DNA of 30,672 nucleotides from Synechococcus sp. (GTDB lineage Bacteria; Cyanobacteriota; Cyanobacteriia; Thermostichales; PCC-7336), in NCBI GenBank assembly GCA_051439425.1, contig JBFRWD010000049.1:1-30672 (forward strand), read 5' to 3'. Both the position numbers and the translations under genes were made by a program. Positions 1 to 10,600 of this stretch are shown here, piece by piece. Under the pieces are notes generated by a model. That model had not been told where the DNA came from. It saw only the letters and a program-made list of their open reading frames with translations, and did no database searches. The stretch's first letter is position 1, and each line of letters begins with the position of its first letter.

Positions 1-57
1 CGTTTTGTCCGCCAGCAAACCCAAGTTCGCATCGGCGTCGTAGTACATCTGTGCCAT
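1..57 (-). CDS. ilvC: Ketol-acid reductoisomerase, 5' end only (runs off the window)
   Basis: Minus strand from ATG at 57 reads MAQMYYDADANLGLLADKT, matching the cyanobacterial IlvC N-terminus (MA.MYYDADANL.LL..KT). Only 19 codons are visible; not in the ORF track. Confidence 0.85.
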   Translation of the reverse strand, partial: MAQMYYDADANLGLLADKT

Positions 58-124
58 GACGGTAGTTCCGAGGTGGTTCTGAATAGTAGAAAAGCCTAAC
101 TAGGATATCAAGTTCTGGGGAAGG

Positions 125-1378
125 CTAAAGAGTTTTCGCAAAATCCAATAGATGATGGGCCATTTCAAGCTTTGAACAGAATGGAATTTCTAACCTCTGT
201 CCCTCTCTGCCCAGTACAGTCGCCTGATTGAAACCACTGGCAAACCCACTGTCTCGACGGTCGATCGCATTCGCAACAATCGCATCCAGCCCCTTACGTT
301 CTAATTTGGACAATGCTGCCGGGATCGGATCGCCCACCTGCGCCGCAAATCCAATCACACGTTGCTGTTCGGTTTTGCGCTGGCACAGCGATCTCACAAT
401 ATCGGGAATCCCTGTCAGCGGGAGACTTTCGGGTAACTCCGCTTTTGGCAGCTTCTCTGTTGATTGAAACGAAGGTCGCACATCCCCCACCGCTGCCGAC
501 ATCACCGTTACATCCGCCTGCCCGAACCGTTCTTCCAGACCAACTTTCATCTGCTCGGAGCTAGTGACCGCTACCGTCTCGATACCATCTAGCAACTCCC
601 CTCCCCCCAACGTCAACGGAGCATGCACAAAGGTTACCTGCGCGCCGCGATCTGCAGCCGCCCGAGCGATCGCCCATCCCATTCGCCCGGTAGACGGGTT
701 ACCAATAAATCGCACCGCATCCAAAAATTCCCTCGTCCCCCCACCGCTAACCAACACCCGCTTCCCGCGCCAGTCAGGCAAGCCCTTTTTCCACAGAATG
801 GCCAACAACTGAGCGGCGATCGCCTCCGGTTCCGGCAACCGCCCCATGCCTTCTGCATCGCAGGCCAGCCGCCCTTCCCCCGGTGTCATCGAGCAGTAGC
901 GCGGATCGCTCAGCACCTGCTCCCAGTTTCGCTGTACCGAGGCCTGCTCCCACATCTGAGTATTCATGGCCGGCACCAGCAACACCGGGCAGTTGGACGC
1001 CAATAAAAGGTTGGTGAGTAAGTTGTCCGCCAACCCGTAAGTCAGTTTCGCCAATGTATTCGCCGTTAGCGGAGCAATAACAATCGCATCCGCCCAGTCC
1101 GCCAATTGAATGTGCAGCGGACGCCCCGCACTGCGATGCCAAAACTCAGCATCGGTATAAGCAGCATGTCTGGACAACGTTGCAAATGTTAGAGGAGTGA
1201 CGAATTCCGTAGCCGATCGAGTCAAAACCACCCGAATCTCTGCCCCAGCCTTGGCCAGCGTCGACACCAATTGGCAAATCTTGTAAGCGGCAATTCCCCC
1301 GCAAACCCCAATCGTAATCCGCTTCCCAGCCCAAAACTCTTGCAACGAACCGTCCCTACACATGCCCTTTAGCATCAT
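125..1378 (-). CDS. coaBC: Bifunctional phosphopantothenoylcysteine decarboxylase / phosphopantothenate-cysteine ligase
   Basis: GVCGGIAAYK, HIQLADWADAIVIAPLTANTLAK, PAMNTQMW, LACDAEGMGRL, GGTREFLDAVRFIGNPSTGRMG, AAVGD, KGLDAIVAN motifs. Exact start uncertain. Confidence 0.96.
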   Translation of the reverse strand: MMLKGMCRDGSLQEFWAGKRITIGVCGGIAAYKICQLVSTLAKAGAEIRVVLTRSATEFVTPLTFATLSRHAAYTDAEFWHRSAGRPLHIQLADWADAIVIAPLTANTLAKLTYGLADNLLTNLLLASNCPVLLVPAMNTQMWEQASVQRNWEQVLSDPRYCSMTPGEGRLACDAEGMGRLPEPEAIAAQLLAILWKKGLPDWRGKRVLVSGGGTREFLDAVRFIGNPSTGRMGWAIARAAADRGAQVTFVHAPLTLGGGELLDGIETVAVTSSEQMKVGLEERFGQADVTVMSAAVGDVRPSFQSTEKLPKAELPESLPLTGIPDIVRSLCQRKTEQQRVIGFAAQVGDPIPAALSKLERKGLDAIVANAIDRRDSGFASGFNQATVLGREGQRLEIPFCSKLEMAHHLLDFAKTL

Positions 1379-1545
1379 GCAAACCGCTCGCCAGTTTGTT
1401 ATGGCGTTCTTCGGCGGAGAGCGGCTGCACTATCACTCTATCGAAGTGCTTCGTCCTTTGTGGCATTCCCGCTGGTCACACTGGGTTTGCCCAACCTGAC
1501 CTCAACAGCCATCACAATAAACAAGACGGTTACCCATTAATTGCC

Positions 1546-2340
1546 GTGATTGACTCCACCCAACTGCGCCAACTGCTCGACGCTGTCGCTGCTGGAACCC
1601 TGTCTCCAGAAGACGTCTCATCAAAACTGCAGCTCGCGGCCATAGACGGCGCAGGCTATGAATCCGTCGGAGATTTTGCTCGTATCGATCATCAGCGCCC
1701 CATGCGCAACGGCATCCCTGAGGCTATTTGGGGTCAAGGAAAGACTCCCGAGCAAATCGCACAAATCTTGCAACATTTGCGCGATCGCGGCCAAATTGCG
1801 ATGGCCACTCGCATCGAGCCGCAGGTGTGGGATCGCTTGCGCTTGCGCCTCCCCAACCTGCACTATTCCAAAATGGCCCGCATCGCCTATTTCTCTAGCC
1901 CTGAAAGCGTAACGAAACTCCCCGGCCAAATCGGCATTATCAGCGCTGGTACCTCCGACTTGCCCGTAGCTGAAGAAGCTGCTCTTACCGCGGAGCTATG
2001 CGGAGCCAAGGTGGAGCGCTTGTGGGACGTGGGAGTGGCCGGAATTCATCGCTTACTGGATAACCGCGATGTCCTGACACGTTCGGACGTGTTGATTGTT
2101 GTGGCGGGAATGGAAGGTGCGCTGGCCAGTGTCGTGGCCGGATTGGCCAATTCTCCTGTCGTAGCTGTGCCCACCAGCGTCGGTTACGGAGCTAGCTTTG
2201 GTGGCGTATCCGCTCTGCTTACCATGCTCAATTCATGCGCAGCAGGTGTGGGTGTCCTCAATATCGACAACGGATTCGGGGGAGCTATCTTGGCACTGCA
2301 AATCTTAAGAACAGCGGCGCGCTTGCAAAGCAACATCTGA
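1546..2340 (+). CDS. larB: LarB / AIR-carboxylase-like protein (cyanobacterial CpmA family)
   Basis: FARIDHQR..RNG.PEAIWGQGKT, SAGTSDLPVAEEA, DVGVAGIHRL, VVAGMEGAL.SVVAGL, AVPTSVGYG, NIDNGFG. Start placed at in-frame GTG 1546 rather than TTG 1396, which adds non-conserved sequence. Confidence 0.92.
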   Translation: MIDSTQLRQLLDAVAAGTLSPEDVSSKLQLAAIDGAGYESVGDFARIDHQRPMRNGIPEAIWGQGKTPEQIAQILQHLRDRGQIAMATRIEPQVWDRLRLRLPNLHYSKMARIAYFSSPESVTKLPGQIGIISAGTSDLPVAEEAALTAELCGAKVERLWDVGVAGIHRLLDNRDVLTRSDVLIVVAGMEGALASVVAGLANSPVVAVPTSVGYGASFGGVSALLTMLNSCAAGVGVLNIDNGFGGAILALQILRTAARLQSNI

Positions 2341-2490
2341 GAGATGTGTTAATTTCTGTAAAGAAGCGATTATCTCGCGGCAGCCTCCTGAAAAAAGGGA
2401 CGTTGCGGGCGGCGAGCATTCCCGACAGCTGCAAGACTGTCGCACAGATGAATTCGCTGGCGATAATAGATTCACCCTTTTGGACACCGT

Positions 2491-3303
2491 ATGGACACCA
2501 TCAGTCTCGATCTACTCAACGATATTTTGCGATCGCTGGAATGGTCGGATTTGCTGGCAATTGGGGCTCTGGTACTGCTGGAAGCTGCCCTGTCGGCGGA
2601 CAATGCCGTCGCGCTTGCAGCAATGGTGCGTCACTTGGAAACCGAGAAGGAGCGCGATCGGGCCCTGCGCTGGGGAATTGTCGGAGCCTACTCCTTCCGC
2701 ATTGCAGTTATTTTGGCAGCCACCTGGATTATCGGTTTCTGGCCCGCCAAGCTGGCTGGAGCCCTCTACCTGTTCTGGTTGGTTATCCAGCACTTTCGAG
2801 ATAAAGCCGACGACGACATAGAAGCCGTTCCTAACACAGCCAACTTCTGGCAAACCATCATTTTGGTGGAGCTCACCGATATTGCCTTCTCTCTTGACAG
2901 TATTGCCGCCTCTATCGCCGTGTCATCCAAAGTTTGGGTGATCATTCTGGGGGGCTTGATCGGCATCACCTTGATGCGATACATGGCCTCACTGTTCGTC
3001 AATTGGCTGGAGGATTACGTTCGTCTGGAAGATGCGGCCTACTTCATGATTGCCCTAGTAGCTAGCCGCATGACCATTGAGCTGGCGACAACGGGATTAG
3101 AGCTTCCGGAATGGGGGCTGATGGTGGCGATTGGTGCGCTGTTTATATGGGGGTTCTCGGAGCGATCTCCAGACACTGACGATGTCTTAGACTCCCAGCA
3201 TCCCATCGACTTGCAAGCGCTTTCGTCAGAGGAGCGCCAAGGACAAAACTCTGACATCGAGCCGCTTGTTCTCGAGTCATCGATGGTAGAGCCAGATCGA
3301 TGA
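2491..3303 (+). CDS. TerC-family integral membrane protein
   Basis: LLEAALSADNAVALA, ALRWGIVGAYSFR, FWQTIILVELTDIAFSLDSIAA motifs; multiple TM helices; acidic C-terminal tail. Confidence 0.92.
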   Translation: MDTISLDLLNDILRSLEWSDLLAIGALVLLEAALSADNAVALAAMVRHLETEKERDRALRWGIVGAYSFRIAVILAATWIIGFWPAKLAGALYLFWLVIQHFRDKADDDIEAVPNTANFWQTIILVELTDIAFSLDSIAASIAVSSKVWVIILGGLIGITLMRYMASLFVNWLEDYVRLEDAAYFMIALVASRMTIELATTGLELPEWGLMVAIGALFIWGFSERSPDTDDVLDSQHPIDLQALSSEERQGQNSDIEPLVLESSMVEPDR

Positions 3304-3428
3304 CATTCAAAGAAGTAGCTTGACGGAACTCGTTGGATCGCTGTCTAAATGGTCAACGGAATTCTCGGGCTCCTGTTTGGACTCTCTGGTTGTCAGCGAG
3401 ATCGTAGATGTCCTCCCCCCTCAATCTT

Positions 3429-5207
3429 CTACTTTGTCAGAGTGAAGGATGATGGAATTTCGATTCCCCGCTCGGTGAAGAAGATATTCATAGATACGCG
3501 GTCAATCATTTCACCAGTCCCAGTCATCAATTGTTCGATCGCTGTTTCCATCTCCCGCGATATCTCCTCACCGTCTCCAGATACCCTTGCTGTTGCATGC
3601 TCGGCCTCAAGTGCTTGGCCAACGATCTCGTAATATCGCTGGTTATCGAGATGAATGCTCAAGATCGGCGATACATCGTCAGCATTCGCATTGAATAGAT
3701 CGGATAGTTGGTTAGCGGAAGACTCTCCAATCGCCACCGCCAAGCTATCGTCGGTCATGGCAACGTAGGTCGAATCAAAGGGGCCCGGCACAAACTGACC
3801 GGTCAGCTGCGACACATCCAGTTGGACGGGCTCACCATCTGGCTGCAGATTAAGACTAGCTATTTGGGGGTTGAAGAATCCGAGCATGCCCAGTAACGAC
3901 TGTGGGTCTTCGTTGGCTAGCAGCAAACGTGCCCCGATTGATGTTGGAGGCTGAGGGTTTGCGAAGTCTAGACCGTCAATGGTGTCGATGACTGCAAGGA
4001 ATCCCCGAATCCCGTTGAAGGGGGGAACCAGAGGTTGGTTCAGAGCTTGGCGTCCCTCCAGCAGGTTATTTTGTAGTTCTGCTAATAGGTCACATTTGTA
4101 CGGATCGGCTTCTAAGGCGTCCAATTGCCCGGCCAAGAAGTCGCGGGCGGCCAACATATCGAGACTGAGGCCAAACGAGAACAAACCACCGGGATCGATG
4201 CCCAAGCCGGAAACCGGTGCGGCCAAGGTGGACAATCCACTGGCGAGATCGCTGCGCAGCTCCACCACTGTATTCGAGCTGATTTGAGTGGTGGTCATGT
4301 CGGTGTAGCCCGAGACGACGCGAGGCATGACGGCAGACATGTCGCGAATTTCGCTGCGGCAAACATCGCTCAGCTCGCTAGCATCGTAGTCCGCCAGGAC
4401 CAGCAATTCTGCATTTACACCGATCGGTTCATCCAAGAATGTTGCGACCATGCGCTCCACATCAAAGAAAGCCAAGGCATATGGAGTAAAGTCGTAATTC
4501 TTGGCTAGCTCCGTCAGTTCACCAGATTGGGCCAGACTTTGTTCGGGTAACTCCAGACCGAGAACATCATCTAGTAAATCGTCGGATAGCTCTGTCGGGG
4601 TGATCGTGGCCACCAGTTGATCGTCAAAAATCCCCACGATTATGCGTGCGTCTTCATCACCGATATACCGATACGGGCGACCTCCGATCTCACTCTTCAA
4701 CATGTCCTCACCGGCAGTCTCTTCTAATTCGGCAATTTTGGCCTCAAACGCGGCAGGATCCTCCAGGCCAACACGGAAGACCGGAAGCAATCCGACACCA
4801 TAGACAGCGATCTGCGGATTGCGCGGTACGCCCACTGCTTGACGCTCTTCGCTGCGCATCAGCGCGGCTAAGTCTTTCACCAGAGTCAGAAATTGACGGG
4901 ATTCATCTTCTTGCCGGCTTTGGGAGCCAAGTTCGTTGACCTCGTCCAGCATGGCTTCGAACAGGGTCTCGTAGGAGGAAGAGATTTTGTCGGCACTGGT
5001 TTCAAGTTTGCCAAGGACGTCTTCGGGGATTGTTCCGGAGGTTGCGAACACGTAGGGGGTGTTTGCTGGAACGTACTGCAATACCCCGTCATTCTGGCCC
5101 AGCACGGACGCGCCATTATCAGCAGTATTTCGACCGCAGGCTACCATTCCAAGGGTTACGGCACCGAGGAGCAAACGTTTAGCGGGCTTAGATTGCAACA
5201 TTGACAT
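3429..5207 (-). CDS. Hypothetical acidic lipoprotein
   Basis: Long ORF; basic N-terminus, hydrophobic stretch and lipobox-like LGMVA|C. Start set at ATG 5207 (MSMLQSKPAKR); the ORF track starts at TTG 5252. Confidence 0.8.
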   Translation of the reverse strand: MSMLQSKPAKRLLLGAVTLGMVACGRNTADNGASVLGQNDGVLQYVPANTPYVFATSGTIPEDVLGKLETSADKISSSYETLFEAMLDEVNELGSQSRQEDESRQFLTLVKDLAALMRSEERQAVGVPRNPQIAVYGVGLLPVFRVGLEDPAAFEAKIAELEETAGEDMLKSEIGGRPYRYIGDEDARIIVGIFDDQLVATITPTELSDDLLDDVLGLELPEQSLAQSGELTELAKNYDFTPYALAFFDVERMVATFLDEPIGVNAELLVLADYDASELSDVCRSEIRDMSAVMPRVVSGYTDMTTTQISSNTVVELRSDLASGLSTLAAPVSGLGIDPGGLFSFGLSLDMLAARDFLAGQLDALEADPYKCDLLAELQNNLLEGRQALNQPLVPPFNGIRGFLAVIDTIDGLDFANPQPPTSIGARLLLANEDPQSLLGMLGFFNPQIASLNLQPDGEPVQLDVSQLTGQFVPGPFDSTYVAMTDDSLAVAIGESSANQLSDLFNANADDVSPILSIHLDNQRYYEIVGQALEAEHATARVSGDGEEISREMETAIEQLMTGTGEMIDRVSMNIFFTERGIEIPSSFTLTK

Positions 5208-5458
5208 AAGCTTCGTAGGGGAGCAGACCGCGCAGGCCAATTGAACCTGCAAACGTCATTTCACATAAGGTGCCCCTTGGTCACTGGAAATCTCGGCCGT
5301 GCTTGGATATGAGGACAATTACTTATATCTTCGAGTTTCCTGGGCAGAAAATGTATGCCAGACATCATTCAATTTGGCGAATTGCAACGATTTAAAAGTC
5401 AGGGTCGCCCCGAACGTTAAGTTAGAATAAATACAGTTATCAAATTCGTTTAATACCC

Positions 5459-6475
5459 ATGGCAAAGACCGGAGTTCTATTCCTCAACCTTGGGGGGCCG
5501 GAAACTATTGAGGATGTCAAGCCGTTTCTGTATAACCTGTTCGCCGACCCCGAAATCATCCGGTTACCCTATGCCTGGATGCAAAAGCCTTTGGCCCGAT
5601 TCATCGCCAACACGCGCGCGAAAAAATCGGAACGCAACTACGCCAAAATTGGTGGTGGATCTCCCCTACGCGCATTAACGGAAGAGCAGGCAGATGCTCT
5701 GAGCAATCACCTGAAATCAGAAGGGTACGACCTCCCGGTATACATTGCCATGCGCTATTGGCATCCCTTCACCGAGGATGTGGTGAAGCAGTTGGTGTCT
5801 GACAGTATTGAGCGAGTCATTGTTCTGCCGTTGTATCCCCAATATTCCATTAGCACCACCGGCTCAAGCCTCAAGCTACTAGATAAGTTATGGGCCGACG
5901 ATCCGAAACTGGCCAAAATTGAGCGCTTCACGATTAGTTCTTGGTACGACCAGCCAAACTATTTAGAAGCAATGGCGTCATACATTGCCAAAGAAATAGA
6001 CGCACTCGACGATCCTGATAGCGCCCACGTTTTATTTAGTGCTCACGGCATCCCCCAAAGCTATGTCACCAATGCTGGCGATCCCTATCAGAAAGAGATG
6101 GAAGCCTGCGTGAAGCTGATTTGGAAGCACCTCGATCGCCCCAATGACTACACGTTGTCGTATCAGAGCCGGGTGGGACCGGTGAAGTGGCTGACTCCGT
6201 ATACTGAAGACGCGTTACCTCAACTGGCTGCCCGTGGAGTTAAAGATCTGGTGGTCGTTCCCATCAGCTTCATTTCCGAGCACATTGAGACGTTAGAAGA
6301 AATCGACCAAGAATACTGCGAACTTGCACTAGAAGCAGGCATTCGCAACTTCCGCCGTGTCCCCTGTCTTAATAGCGATCCCACGTTCATTGCCGGGCTG
6401 GCGGATATGGTACGCGTCTTTCTGCGCGAAGAGGACAAGAGTGCTACTCCATCTGAGTTAAGTTCTGTTGCCTAG
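5459..6475 (+). CDS. hemH: Ferrochelatase (no C-terminal CAB domain)
   Basis: GVLFLNLGGPE, IGGGSPL, AMRYWHPF, LPLYPQYSISTTGSS, LFSAHGIP, YQSRVGPVKWL, FISEHIETLEEID. Confidence 0.97.
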   Translation: MAKTGVLFLNLGGPETIEDVKPFLYNLFADPEIIRLPYAWMQKPLARFIANTRAKKSERNYAKIGGGSPLRALTEEQADALSNHLKSEGYDLPVYIAMRYWHPFTEDVVKQLVSDSIERVIVLPLYPQYSISTTGSSLKLLDKLWADDPKLAKIERFTISSWYDQPNYLEAMASYIAKEIDALDDPDSAHVLFSAHGIPQSYVTNAGDPYQKEMEACVKLIWKHLDRPNDYTLSYQSRVGPVKWLTPYTEDALPQLAARGVKDLVVVPISFISEHIETLEEIDQEYCELALEAGIRNFRRVPCLNSDPTFIAGLADMVRVFLREEDKSATPSELSSVA

Positions 6476-6523
6476 TTCGGTTCTATTCGAGTGGTGAGCT
6501 GCGTATATTCGAGGACTTACCGA

Positions 6524-6558
6524 GAAAAAGCCAACGCTATTGCAGCGTTGGCTTTTTC
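6524..6558. terminator. Intrinsic, probably bidirectional terminator after hemH
   Basis: Perfect 15-bp inverted repeat GAAAAAGCCAACGCT-attgc-AGCGTTGGCTTTTTC with A/T tracts at both ends, between convergent genes. Confidence 0.88.
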
Positions 6559-6601
6559 GTTAGGACAGAGCACCTGATATGTCGCAAGAGATCGAGACCT
6601 T

Positions 6602-6704
6602 TAGCAATCTGCTGTAAGGTCTGGAGGGTGAGACCGCGAAAATACTTGATTTCAAGGAAAAGTAGTCAGGGAAATCTCCATAGCGGATTGCCGATCGCTA
6701 TAGC
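6602..6704 (+). repeat. ~105-bp dispersed repeat, copy A (MITE/REP-like)
   Basis: TAGCAATCTGCTGTAAGGTCT...CTCCATAGCGGATTGCCGATCGCTATAGC; aligns by eye with the copies at 7491, 16873 and 20711. Confidence 0.8.
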
Positions 6705-6724
6705 GAGATGTGCCAGAGTTTAGG

Positions 6725-7435
6725 CTAGTTGGCTGCTTGAACAGAGTCCGGCGAGATCTCTCCGTTACGCACTTTTTCGAGGTAGTCAAACACGGATTTA
6801 TCACCAATGTCGGGGGGAATCGCTTGCAGTGCTTTGCGGGCAGCAAATACCAAGAATAAGGAGGCCCAAATCGCGAGGAGAATGACTTCACCCTGCAACC
6901 GAATGAATCCTCCTAAGTGTCCTAAAAGCAACAGCGGCACGATTGGCGCAAGGATCTTGGTTTCCAACCGGTTAAAACAAAACGCCTCTTTGACAAACAA
7001 ACCGGTTAGGGATGCAAATGTAAATCCAATCCCCAGCAGCATGAAGGGGTGTTGGTAAGTAAGCAGGGCTAGCGGGTGGGGAAACGACGCTGCAGCAAGG
7101 GCCATCGCACTCACCGAACCAATTCCCCAAAACACCTGCAAGGCTCGATGTAGCGCTCTCATATAGATGTGAATCGTCCACAGTGCCACCCCCATCGCCA
7201 CCGAAAATAGTCCGAAAAGGCCAGTGACAATCCAAGCGATCTCGGAAGGGGAGAGAGCCTGCGGTTGCCACAGCACCAACCCAGACGAGACTGCAAAACT
7301 GAGTGCTGCCACCATTAATGCCGAGCGATAGACAACCACGCCTCGACGATCGCCATCCGTAATCGTAAATTCGCCGAATTGCCCTTGATAAACGTCGGAT
7401 TGAATCCCTTCTGATGACATGTTGTCTGATTGCAT
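6725..7435 (-). CDS. DUF2301-family membrane protein
   Basis: YQGQFGEFTIT..DRRGVVVYR, IHIYMRALHRALQ, GL..KEAFCFNRLE, DIGDKSVF: the typical cyanobacterial/plastid DUF2301 pattern. Start may be a nearby downstream ATG. Confidence 0.88.
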   Translation of the reverse strand: MQSDNMSSEGIQSDVYQGQFGEFTITDGDRRGVVVYRSALMVAALSFAVSSGLVLWQPQALSPSEIAWIVTGLFGLFSVAMGVALWTIHIYMRALHRALQVFWGIGSVSAMALAAASFPHPLALLTYQHPFMLLGIGFTFASLTGLFVKEAFCFNRLETKILAPIVPLLLLGHLGGFIRLQGEVILLAIWASLFLVFAARKALQAIPPDIGDKSVFDYLEKVRNGEISPDSVQAAN

Positions 7436-7490
7436 CGTGTAACCTCCATGCAGCCGTGCTTCTAGTGTGGCAAAGCTTTCTATTCTGTTC

Positions 7491-7597
7491 TATAGCAATC
7501 CGCAGTCAGGTCTGGCATGGGGAGACAGCTCACGGTCTTTATGCACAATTAGGAGCGCTTGGAATGCTCTCCATTGCGGAATTTCTGGCGCGATCGC
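7491..7597 (+). repeat. ~105-bp dispersed repeat, copy C
   Basis: TATAGCAATCCGCAGTCAGGTCTGGCATGGGGAGACAGCTCA...CTCCATTGCGGAATTTCTGGCGCGATCGC; shares GGGAGACAGCTCA with the reverse complement of copy B. Confidence 0.78.
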
Positions 7598-7613
7598 TGC
7601 GGGTGGGGAGTGG

Positions 7614-10600
7614 CTACAAAATTGGGAAGTTCTCAACTGCGGTGCGGCGGTTGGGGAAACGTCTTAGTCCTAACTGTATGGACTGGCTTCGTAGGAAAGT
7701 TTGTACATCAGCCGTTAAGCCCGACCAACACAGTTGGCCTCGCAGTGCCCGGCAATGGTTAGCTGTGGCGACAATTGCGCCCAATGCCAACATGTCTGCT
7801 GATGTCACTAAGCTCATATCCATGACTATATTTGGAGAAAGTTGCTCGGCGATATCGAATAGCTCTTGACGAAGTTGCTTGTGAGGTCGTCGCTCCAGTC
7901 GTCCCCATAACGTCACCACGCAGATCGAGCATCCTCCCCGGGTTTCGGCGAACTCAATATTCATGGGAAGCAGCAGTGGACGCTCTAGGGGCGATTCAGT
8001 ATTGGCGACGGATTTTGCCCGCTGGACTAGCGATCGCGCAAAATAGTCAGCTGTTGTCTGGCGGATCAACCCTTGCTCGGCCAGTGCAACCCCCAATGGC
8101 ATTAGTTTTTGCTCTTGTTGTAGGGAATTTAGCGTTAATTGAACTTGCCGAGATGTGACCAACTGGGCGTCTTGAAGATATTCTCCAATGCGCTTGCGTT
8201 CTGCTAAATGTCGCGACCACAGTGAATCACTGAAGAAATTGATTGTCCTCATTCCTAAGCCTGTCTCCTGCTGGAGAATCGTGGCGATCGCTCCTCCATT
8301 GTCTTGCCATAGGGTCTGAACGCAGGCTAGTTGCGCGACACTGAGCAGCTCGGCCGCCTCAAGGCGTCGGAAGATAGGGGCGTTAGCATCCACCTCAAAT
8401 TTGAGGCCGTGAACTTTTAGGAGCGACTCGTTCACCAACAATGACGGAACGGTCCGATTGGGGATGGGGCGCGATGCATTTATTGACGATGGATCGCTGG
8501 TGGGTTGAGCTGACGACTTCCGAGTACCGGTAACCATATCGGAGACTTTACCCGACCCCATTCGATCGAGATCGGTCGAGTCAGAGTTAAGCGTGTTGAG
8601 CCAGTGGGTGACCATCAATAATTCACGCACGTTATCCGCCGTTCGGAGGTTAATAGCGCTATTCGCCACTGTCTCAGACGAGAGCGGCTTGAATTCGGCA
8701 TCGGGTTGACGAACGTCCTCAGACTCCAAGTCACTCCACAGTGCCAATTCGGGTTGAAGATCCAAGCTGGGTTCGGTATCTGCTTCAGAGAGTTCATCAC
8801 GATCGGAACTGGATTCTAAATCCGAGTTCAGTTCTAGAACCGAGTCAACTTCAAGAGCCCGATTAACTCCAAGAGTTATGTTGTCATCAAGAGCTAGGTC
8901 GGTGTCGAGATTTGAGTTCGTACCCATCCACTCAAGAGCAGGCTCAATGGTGGAGCCGACTTCAGACTCACTTGGGACCTCAATTGACACTGGTTCCAGC
9001 GTGGCATTATCAGTGGTGCCGATACTTTCTAGTTCTGGCTGACGTTCGAGAACTTCATCTACGATCTCTTTGATTGCAGGACTATCCGATTCCAAGAAGG
9101 AGTCTGAATCAGTTGTGCCTGAAAACAAGTACGCTGTCACGAGGGAAGCATAAGCATCGGTTGGCAACGAAAGAGTTCCAGATATCTCGTCCTCACCTGA
9201 TGATTCGGAAACTGTTGTTCCGGAAGCTTTGGATTCGGATATTGGTATTTCACTCGGAACCGTATCTTCGTCCCCCAGTCGATCGCCGTCTAGCTCCACG
9301 TCGAAGTTTTCTAATGAGTCTTGAGGGGCGACATCCTCAACAGAGAGAATATCGTCAGCAGGTTCAGCGGCATTGGATAACGCCAAGTCAATGTCGGCCA
9401 GGCAGAAATCGCTCTCGTCAGCATATCCCTCTGGGTTAAAACTACTGGATGCGATCGCCTCTTCTAATGGTTCCTCAGTTTGTCGTTCATCGACTTCAAT
9501 ATTAGCCGTTAGATTCACAAGATTTGCATCATCGGCTGACTCGGTTACTCGTTCTCCAGCGCTATCACTGATACTGTCGACGGTTTGTTGCTTGTCATCT
9601 ACGTCTCTGTCTCGGTCGTCCCCAAAGCCAAGCGTATCTAAGGACTTGTACTCTTCTACAAAAGCCGTACTAGTTGAATCAGTATCGAGCAGATTAATAG
9701 AATCCCGTTCTTGATTGCGATCTGCTTCAAGAGCTCGACTACCCGGCTCGTTCACGCCTTCGGATGCAGTAGAGGTGCCCAATCCTTTAAATGTCGGAAC
9801 GGTAAAGTCCATATCAGACTGAGTTTGAAAGTCTGTTGCTTCACTCGCTGCGTTAGGTTGTGCGCGGACTCGAATATCTGTTGGGCGCCAAGAATCCATT
9901 GAAGGTATTGGGGAAAGAGTTGGCGACCTAACTTGTTGCATATCTTGCAATCGGACTTTCTGAGGCCCCCGCGCAACAGCCAGAGTCAGTACGGATACAA
10001 ACAAAACCCAAAAAATATTGTCGTGAGCATAGAGCGGATGTTCCGAAAAATTAGAGAATAAGAACAGGCAGAAAAATAAAATCGGGAAGAAGTAGAGGGG
10101 AGAACGGCGAGTCCCAATGGCCCGAGAGAAATTCAGCGTTGCTGACCACAAGCAAATACAGACGCAAAGGGTGCCAATAAAGCCGACGTTCAACATTGAT
10201 TCCAAAATGCCGCTGTGTAGGTGCGTGTCAGCGGCCGTACTGGCTATTTGGGATAAAGTCTCTGATGGAATATCTAAACTTCCGTTCCAAAAGCTTTGGT
10301 AACCGTAACCAAGCAGAAATTGTTGCTTGATGGCGGTAAAAACTTCTGGGTCGGCAGCAATTTCACTGGATAGGGGAGAATCGAACTTAAATACCCCCAG
10401 CAAGGAATTAGCATTCACGGCAAGAGCATACAGAGTGAATGCGAAAATCGGGGTAACTGCGAATAGGAAGATTGTGCCTGCCCGTCCTTTTCGCCAGCGT
10501 GGGACGGCGATCGCTGGTGCTGCTGCCAGAACAACCAGTGCGCATTCTTGGGCAACGCTAGAGCCAGACAGGAATACGCAAATAATCGATACTACACACA

